NCBI RefSeq assembly: GCF_902713615.1 | Contig: NC_052172.1 | Span: forward strand, 6,615,337 to 6,679,336 | Source: Scyliorhinus canicula | Lineage: Eukaryota | Direction: 5' to 3' | DNA length: 64,000 nt | Shown here: positions 56,095 through 64,000 of the stretch, piece after piece | How the letters are laid out: every line of letters begins with the position of its first letter | Numbering within the stretch: position 1 is the first letter of the stretch | Notes under the pieces: generated by a model | Told to the model about the DNA's origin: nothing | Database searches by the model: none | The model's input: the letters and a program-made list of their open reading frames with translations, nothing else | Program-made: the position numbers and the translations under genes

Positions 56095-56215
56095 GGTTCT
56101 GCTCCAGTTTTTGAGAAGCTGAGGAAGACTCCAGATGCGATATGTGTTCCAGCCCCTGGATAGATTCTCCCGGACAAACTTCAGGAGGAGGATTCACCAG
56201 AATCATCGCAGGCCC
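56095..56215 (-). pseudogene. Possible heavily decayed CAWS-family V 3' end
   Basis: CTGCTCCA-18 nt-AAGACTCCAG spacing is identical to V6. Minus frame LKFVRENLSRGWNTYRIWSL is in register with LKSTGLRVNRSAVYYCAWSL. No intact RSS. Confidence 0.3.
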
Positions 56216-56814
56216 CAGAGAGTGACATCTTGGGGCACTTTGCACAATCTAGAGCAATTTCCCTTGGTTCTCGGAGGCTGACGGAGAACAGACTTGTGGT
56301 GGTTTTAGACGCTATTGGGATTAACAGGGATGGGACTGAATTCACAAATCAGAATGTACAATTCGGACTTCAGGCCGCGAGGAAGGGGAAGCATTTGTTA
56401 CACACATGGGGGTGGTAATCTCGAACTCTCTGCCCCCCAAATACAGTCAATGTTGTTGGTGAGTTGGATATCTGAAGGCCGAGATTGATAGATATCCATT
56501 GGTTAGTCGAGGGATACATACTGGAGCCGGGTAGATAGAGTGCAGGTAAGATCAGTGCAATCAAATTGAACGGCTAGGGTCTCGGGGTCCTTTCTGGGCT
56601 CTGACTGATCCTATTCATGTCCCAGGCAATGATGAGTTTCATTGTTTTAGAGCGCCCTCTGTAAAGACAATTTGGAAATTCAGTGTAACTCGGGTCTTTT
56701 CACTGATTCCCCTGTTCGTTCCCTCTTGTTTCTATTGTCCATCAACTCTAACCTTTATTTGTATTTATTTTTATTTTTATTACCTTTTCGCATTGTGTGG
56801 GGGCGGGGGAACTG

Positions 56815-59800
56815 AAGTGACATCACAGTAAAGCTGTGACCCGATTGGCTGGCTGGGAATCGACACTAACTTTAAAAATTAAGCATTGATAAACTAATTA
56901 AACATAATTACTTGATTACTTAATTATAATTTACAGGTGTATCTGAGCCAAAGATCGGAGAGTACTGTATTTAGCTTTCAGATTTATAGTAGAAATCTAG
57001 TGCTCGGAAACATATAGTTAACAGTCACTTTAAAAAGTGTTAAATTTAATTTACTAATTAATTGATGCAATGTCAATTAGAGGGGTGCATTGCTCTGACT
57101 GTGAGATGTGGCAGGTCCGGGAGGCGTCCAGCGTTCAGGATGACTTAATCTGCAGAAAGTTCACCCAACTGGCTCCTCACAGACCGCATGGTTCGGTTGG
57201 AGCAGCAGTTGGATGCACTTAGGAGCATGCAGGTAGCGGAAAGCGTCATCGATAGCAGTTATATAAATGTGGTCACACCCAAGGTCCAGGTAGAGAAATG
57301 GGTGACCACCAGAAAGGGAAGGCAGTCAGTGCAGGAATCCCCTGTGGTTGTCCCCCTCTTGAACAGGTATACCCCTTTGGGTACTGTCGGGGGGGATAGC
57401 CTATCAGCGGAAAACAGCAACAGCGAGAGCAGTGGCACCACGGCAGGTTCTGATGTTCAGCAGGGAGGGTCAAAGCGCAGAAGAGCAATAGTCATAGGGG
57501 ACTCGATAGTCAGGGGGACAGATAGGCGCTTCTGTAGACATGAAAGAGACTCAAGGATGGTGTGGTTCCTCCCTGGTGCCAGGGTCCAGGATGTCTCCAA
57601 ATGGGTAGCGGGAATCCTGAAGGGGGAGGGCAAACAGGCAACGGTCGTTGTACATATTGGTACTAACAACATGGGCAGGAAGGGGCATGAGGTCCTGCAG
57701 CAGGAGTTCAGGGAGCTAGGCAGAAAGTTAAACGACAGGACCTCTGGGGTTGTAATCTTTGGATTACTCCCCGTGCCACGTGCCAATGAGGCTAGTAATA
57801 GGAAGATGGAGCAGCTAAATACGTGGCTAAACAGCTGGTGAAGGAGGGAGGGTTTCCGTTATCTGGACCACTGGGAGTTCTTCTGGGGCAGGTGTGACCT
57901 GTAAAAGAAGGACGGGTTGCGTCTAAACTGGAGAGCATAAATAACCTGGCTGCAAAATTTGCTCATGTCACAGGGGAGGGTTTAAACTAGTATGGCAGGG
58001 GGGTGGGTACCGGAGCAATAGGTCGGATGGTGAAAGCATTGAGGGAGAACTAGGGAATAGGATGTATATGAATAGTATGGATATGAGGAAGAGAGGGAGA
58101 TATTGCTAAGAACTGCGGGTCTGGTGGCCTGAAGTTCATATGTTTTAAGGGAAGAAGTATCACGGGTAAGGCAGATGAACTTAGAGCTTGGATTAGTACT
58201 TGGAACTATGATGTTGTTGCCATTGCAGAGACCTGGTTGAGGGAAGTACACGATTGGCAGCTAAACGTTCCAGGATTTAGATTTTTAAGGTGGGACAGAG
58301 GGGGATGCAAAAGGAGTGGAGGGGTTGCGGTACTGGTGAGGGAGAATATCACCGCTGTACTATAGGAGGGTACCTCAGAGGGCAGCGAGGCTATATGAGT
58401 AGAAATCAGGAAAAAGAAGGGTGCAGTCACCATGTTGGGTGTTTACTACAGGCCTCCCAACAGCCAGCAAGAGATAGAGGATCAGATAGGTAGACAGATT
58501 TTGGAAACGAGTAAAAACAACAGGGTTGTTGTGATGGGAGACTTCAACTTCCCCAATATTGACTGGGACTCAAAAGGGGCTTAGACGGGGCAGAGGTTGT
58601 AAGGAGCATCCAGGAGGGCTACTTAAAACAATATGTAGACAGTCCAACGAGGGAAGGGGCAGTACTGGACCTGGTATTGGGGAATGAGCCCGGTCAGGTG
58701 GTAGAGGTTTCAGTAGGGGGAGCATTTCGGGAATAGTGACCACAATTCAGTAAGTTTTAACGTGCTGGTGGACAATGATAAGTGTGGTCCGAGGGTGAAT
58801 ATGCTAAATTGGGGGAAGGCTAATTATAACACTCTTAGGCGGAAACTGAAGAACATAGATTGGGGGTGGATGTTTGGGAGTAAATCAACATCTGACATGT
58901 GGGAGACTTTCAAATTTCAGTTGAAAGGAATTCAGGATTGGCATGTTCCTGTGCGGAAGAAGGATAAATACGGCAAATTTCGGGAACCTTGAATAACGAG
59001 CGATATTGTTGGCCTTGTCAAAAAGAAAAAGGAGGCATTTGTCAGGGCTAGAAAGCTGGGAACAGACAAAGCCTGTGTGGAATATAAGGAATGTAGGAAG
59101 TAACTGAAGCAAGGAGTCAGGAGGGCTAGAAGGGGTCACGAAAAGCCATTGGCAAATAGGGTTAAGGAAAATCCCAAGGCTTTTTACACATACATAAAAA
59201 GTAAAAGGGTAACCAGGGAAAGGGTTGGCCCACTGAAGGACAGGGGAGGTAATCTATGTACGGAGCCAGAGGAAATGGGTGAACTGCTAAATGAATACTT
59301 TGCATCTGTATTCACCAACGAGAAGGAATTGGTGGATGTTGCATCTGGAGAAGGGTATGTAGATAGCCTGGGACAGATTGAGATACAGGAAGACGAGGTG
59401 TTGGGCGTCTTGAAAAATATTAAGATAGATAAGTCCCCAGAGCCTGATGGGATCTACCCCAGAATACTGAAGGAGGCTAGAGAGGAATTTGCTGTTGCCT
59501 TGACAGAAATCTTTGGATCCGCACTGCCTTCAGGCGATGTCCCGGAATACTGGAGATGAGCGAATGTTGTTCCTTTGTTTAAGAAGGGTAGCAAGGATAA
59601 TCCAGAGAACTACAGGCCGGTGAGCCTTACGTCAGTGGTAGGGAAATTACTGGAGAGAATTCTTCGGGACAGGGCATGCTCTCATTTGGAAGCAAATGGA
59701 CGTATTGGTGAGAGCCAGCATGGTTTTGTGAAGGGGAGGTCGTGTCTCACTAACTTGATAGAGTTTTTCGAAGAGGTCACAAAGACGATTGATGCAGGTA

Positions 59801-61000
59801 GGGCAGTGGATGTTGTCTATATGGACTTCAGTAAGTCCTTTGACAATGACCCTCTTGGTAAACTGGTACACAAGGTGATGTCACACTGGATCAGGTGTGA
59901 GCTGTCAAGGTGGATACAGAACTGGCTAGGTCATAGAAGGCAGAGAGTAGCAATGGAAGGGTGCTTTTCTAATTGGAGGGCTGTTACTAGTGTTGTTCTG
60001 CAGGGATCAGTGCTCGGACCTTTGCTGTTCGTAGTCTATATAAACGATTTGGAGGAAAATGTAACTGGTCTGATTAGTGAGTTTGCAGATGGCACAAAGC
60101 TTGGTGGAATTGCGGATAGTGATGAGGACTGTCAGAGGATTCAACAGGATTTAGATCGTTTGGAGACTTGGGCAGAGAGATGGCAGATGGAGTTTAATCC
60201 GGACAAATGTGAGGTAATGCATTTTGGAAGGTCTGATGCAGGTAGGGAATATACAGTGAATGGTAGAACCCCCAAGAGTATTGAAAGTCAGAGAGACCTA
60301 GGTGTACAGGTCCACAGGTCACTGAAAGGGGCAACACAGGTGGAGACGGTAGTCAAGAACGCATACAGCATGCTTGCCTTCATTGGCCAGGGCATTGAGT
60401 ATAAGAATTGGCAAGTCATGTTGCAGCTGTATAGAACCTTAGTTGAGCCATACTTGGAGTATAGAGTTCAATTCTGGTCGCCGCACTACCAGAAGGATGT
60501 GGAGGCTTTAGAGAGGGTGCAGAAGAGATTTACTAGGATGTTGCCCGGTATGGAGGGCATTAGCTATGAGGGGCTGTTGAATAAACTCCGTTTGTTCTCA
60601 CTGGAACGATGGAGGTTGAGGGGCGACCTGATAGAGGTCTACAGAAGTGTGAGGGGATACACAGAGTGGATACTCAGAGGCTTTTCCCCACTGTAGAGTG
60701 GTCAATTACTCGTGGTCAGAAGTTTAAGGTGCGAGGCGCAAGGTTTAGAGGAAGTATACGAGGCAAGTTTTTTAAACAGAGGGTAGTGGGTGCCTGGAAC
60801 TCGCTGCCGGAAGAGGTGGTGGAAGCAGGGACGATAGTGACATTTGAGGGGCATCTTGACAAATACATGAATAGGATGGGAATAGAGGGAGACGGTCCCA
60901 GAAAGTGTAGAAGATTTTAGTTTAGATGGGCAGCATGGTCGGCACGGGCTTGGAGGGCCGAAGGGCCTGTTCCTGTGCTTTACTTTTCATTGTTCTTTGG
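56815..61000 (+). mobile_element. Near full-length degenerate CR1 LINE (5' UTR, ORF1 with SGNH esterase, ORF2 APE+RT, 3' tail)
   Basis: ORF1 IVIGDSIVRG...VVVHIGTNN; ORF2 pieces VVMGDFNFPNIDW, NYRPVSLTSVVGKLLE, QGSVLGPLLF, FADGTK; several stops and frameshifts. Confidence 0.92.
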
Positions 61001-61519
61001 TAGGTTAAGTCTCAAGTTCCTCCTGAATTTCCAAGACTTCCCTTTCCAGTGCCACACCAAGCTGAATCTTCCGACGTTCTTCCAAAGTGTTTTCAGCCAG
61101 TCTCTGTGCATTTCCCAATGAGTTTCCGACACGAGGTCCACGTTGCTGCCTCAATGGGTCTTAAATCCCCACAAGCTCCATTGTGCCAGAAACATCCTCT
61201 TGCAAACATCCTCCTGGCAGCAATAACTTCATCGTCCAGCAGCACATGTCTCTGCCTCCTCATATGCCTGGGTCCACAAACCCCAACAGCTCCTCTTCTG
61301 CGCCAATGTGTGAGCAGCGGCGCTTGAGTTTCTAGGTTTGGACTTTGGCTTTTTTTCTCATTGATCATGGACACTTATCACGTGATCTCCGGGCAGAGCT
61401 CAGCAATTTCATCATCCCCACTGGGACATTATCTGTGACCTTAAATTAGAAGAGTTAGCTGAATAGCCTTATAAAGTGTGGCCTTTCGGGTCGATGGAGA
61501 TGAACATTTTCAAAGATTT

Positions 61520-61832
61520 CATAGACTTCTGACAACGCAGGAGGAGGCCATTCGGTCCGTCGAAGCGCAGCCCACCTCGGGTCAGGCACCCACTCTGTCC
61601 CCATAAGCCAGGATCCCTAACTAACCTGTTGGACACTAAGGGCAATTTAGCATGGCCAATGCACCTAACCTGCACATCTTTGGGCTGCGGGAGGAAACCG
61701 GAGCACCCGGAGGAAACCTACACAGACACGGGGGGAACATGCAAACTCCGGCAGTCACCCGGGGTCTAAATTGAACGCATGTCCCTGGCGCTGTGAGGCA
61801 GCCGTGCTAACCACTGTGCCACCGTGCCGCCC
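61520..61832 (-). mobile_element. HE1/V-SINE
   Basis: Reverse-complement V-SINE core and head. Confidence 0.8.
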
Positions 61833-62741
61833 TGGATGATGACGGTGGGGGATGAGCTGGGGGAGTGCGGATGCTGGAGTTCCGGATCAAGGGACAGAAC
61901 CTTCAAATTAACAGCAAGCTGGTCAGTACTGATGTCAGGAGGCATTTAGTGACACCAACTGGAACAGTGTCCCCTGTAAAAAAACTTTCGTGGGTGGAAT
62001 TGAATTGGAAATTTCAACAGAAAATTGGGCTTTACAAACACATCAGCCATGATTACATCATTAAAAAGTGTTAAGGTGCTGAATAGCCTCCTGATATTTC
62101 TGAAGTACAACTTCATGGTGGGGTTAAACCCAACAGAGTTTCATCCGGTTTCTCCACTGTGCACCTAAGGGAGATTAATCAGGCCAGTTTCCAATTTATG
62201 AGAATGAGTGAGTTGTGGAGCAACAAGGTAATTTAAGTGTCCACAGACACAAACAATGTGAAACACAGAATGAGGCAAGATGGAATCATGGAACCTAATC
62301 GAATTCAGCCTTTACATCAATAGAATGTCATACAAAATGGAGAATGTTCACCTGGATTCCTTACAGAACCGCAGGCATCAGGAAAACTGCTCTGTTGGTG
62401 GGAAGCGGACCTCAGGCCGAATATATCGGACCCAGCAGGTGGTCAGAATAATACCAAATGTTAGAGATAAAATTACAGAGGCACAGGGCACAAGACGTTA
62501 ACATAAGAACATAAGAACTACGAGCAGGAGTAGGCCAGCTGGCCCCTGGGGCCTGCCCCACAATTCAATAAGATAATTGCTGATCTTTTTGTGGACTCAG
62601 CTCCACTTTCCTGCCCGCTCACCGCAACTCTTAATTCCTTGACAAAAATCTATCCACCTTTGCCTCAAAAAACATCCAATGAGGTAGCCTCAACTGCTTC
62701 ACTGGACAAGGAATTACACAGATTCACAACCCTTTGAGTCA

Positions 62742-63055
62742 GGGCAGAACGGTAGCACAAGTGGATAGCACTGCAGCTCCGCTGCGCCAGGGCCCCGGGT
62801 TCGATTCCCTGCTGGGTCACTGTCTGTGCGGAGTCTGCACATTTTCCCCGTGTGTGCGTGGGTTTCCTCCGGGTGCTCCGGTTTCCTCCCACAGTCCAAC
62901 GACGTGCAGGCTAGGTGCATTGGCCATGATAAATTGCCCTGAGTCTCCAAAAAGGTTAGGAGGGGTTATTGGGTTACGGAGAGAGAGTGGAAGTCAGGGC
63001 TTACATGGGTCGGACTCGATGGGCCGATTGGCCTCCTTTTGCACTGTATGTTCTC
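62742..63055 (+). mobile_element. HE1/V-SINE inserted in a CR1 3' fragment (62500-63150, minus)
   Basis: Full V-SINE; the CR1 tail sequence resumes after it. Confidence 0.85.
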
Positions 63056-63149
63056 TGTCTGTGAACAAGTTCCTCATCAACTCAGTCCAAAATATGCTCT
63101 CCCTTATTTTGAAGCTACGTCGCCGAGTTCTAATTTCACTCGCAAATAG

Positions 63150-63430
63150 AGTTTATAGAGAAATACAGCACAGAACAGGCCCTTCGGCCCACGATGTTGC
63201 GCCGAACTTTTGTCCTAGGTTAATCATAGAATTTTGGACAATTTGTCATGGCCAATCCACCCAACCTGCACATCTTTGGACTGTGGGAGGAAACCGGAGT
63301 ACCCGGAGGAAACCCACGCAGTCACGGGGAGGATGTGCAGACTCCACACAGACAGTGACCCAAGTCGAAATCGAACTTGGGACCCTGGAGCTGTGAAGCA
63401 ATTGTGCTATCCACAATGCTACCGTGCTGC
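63150..63430 (-). mobile_element. HE1/V-SINE
   Basis: Reverse-complement V-SINE core. Confidence 0.85.
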
Positions 63431-63434
63431 CCTT

Positions 63435-64000
63435 AAGAAGTTAACCTACACTCCCTTATTCTACCCTAATCCAAGTACCTATCCAATAGCCGCTTGAAGG
63501 TCCATAAATTTTCCGACTCAACTACTACCACAGGCAGTGCATTCCATGCCCCCACTACTCTCTGGGTAAAGAACCTACCTCTGACATCCCCTCTATATCT
63601 TCCACCATTTATCTTAAATTTATGTCCCCTTGTAATGGTGTGTTCCACCCGGGGAAAAAGTCTCTGACTGTCTACTCTATCTATTCCCCTGATCATCTTA
63701 TAAACCTCTATCAAGTCGCCCCTCATCCTTCTCCGTTCTAATGAGAAAAGGCCTAACACCCTCAATCTTTCCTCGTATGACCTACTCTCCATTCCAGGCA
63801 ACATCCTGGTAAATCTCCTTTGCACCTTTTCCAAAGCTTCCACATCCTTCCTAAAATGAGGTGACCAGAACTGCACACAGTACTCCAAATGTGGCCTGAC
63901 CAAGGTTTTGTACAGCTGCATCATCACCTCATGGCTCTTAAATTCAATCCCTCTGCTCATGAACGCTAGCACACCATAGGCCTTCTTCACAGCTCTATCC
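63435..64000 (-). mobile_element. Young CR1 3' fragment (continues beyond the window)
   Basis: Open 174-aa ORF2 C-terminus 63466-63990 (LVRPHLEYCVQFWSPH...). Confidence 0.9.

Noticed and set aside
61040-61400. Possible LTR gag-like coiled-coil remnant on the minus strand (EERRKIQLGVALEREVLEIQE)
   Set aside because: Short, stop-ridden, and no LTR, PBS or pol nearby; not supportable by eye.
17950-63430. tRNA genes at SINE heads (A/B-box-like GGTTCGATTCC motifs)
   Set aside because: Each continues into a SINE core and tail and does not form a full cloverleaf.
1-64000. D, J or C segments of the TCR
   Set aside because: Every GGTTTTTGT/ACAAAAACC nonamer I found belongs to a V 23-RSS; no 12-RSS + FGxG J exon or C1-set exon was seen.

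Overview
Eukaryotic, repeat-rich genomic DNA. It is almost certainly from a cartilaginous fish (shark): HE1/V-SINEs, abundant CR1 LINEs and shark-type TCR V genes are present. It has three assembly gaps (N runs near 1.0-1.4 kb and 53.9-54.1 kb). Left part: the 5' end of a complement C1s-like serine protease gene on the minus strand. The ATG-TG micro-exon is at 16176-16180 and the signal/CUB1 exons are at 3677-3893 and 2062-2239; the gene runs off the left edge. Its 12.3-kb intron holds a ~6-kb 33-bp minisatellite that switches strand twice. A nearly intact Mutator/Phantom-type DNA transposon (FLYWCH+MULE ORF, TIRs, 9-bp TSD) is inserted in the minisatellite. Right part (30-56 kb): a cluster of T-cell receptor beta V segments, all on the minus strand with 23-bp-spacer RSSs facing the C1s gene. 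There are three apparently functional genes (35199-35932, 51348-51797, 54821-55281), one with an ATG>ACG start, one frameshifted, one leader-only, and several relics. Part of the cluster arose by tandem triplication of a 4-7 kb unit. Two V genes carry a consensus CTCF motif exactly 21 bp 3' of the RSS nonamer. No D, J or C segment was seen. The remainder is nested CR1, L1, L2, Rex1, Penelope, pogo/Tigger and SINE copies. All calls were made by eye; repeat boundaries are approximate and no database search was run.
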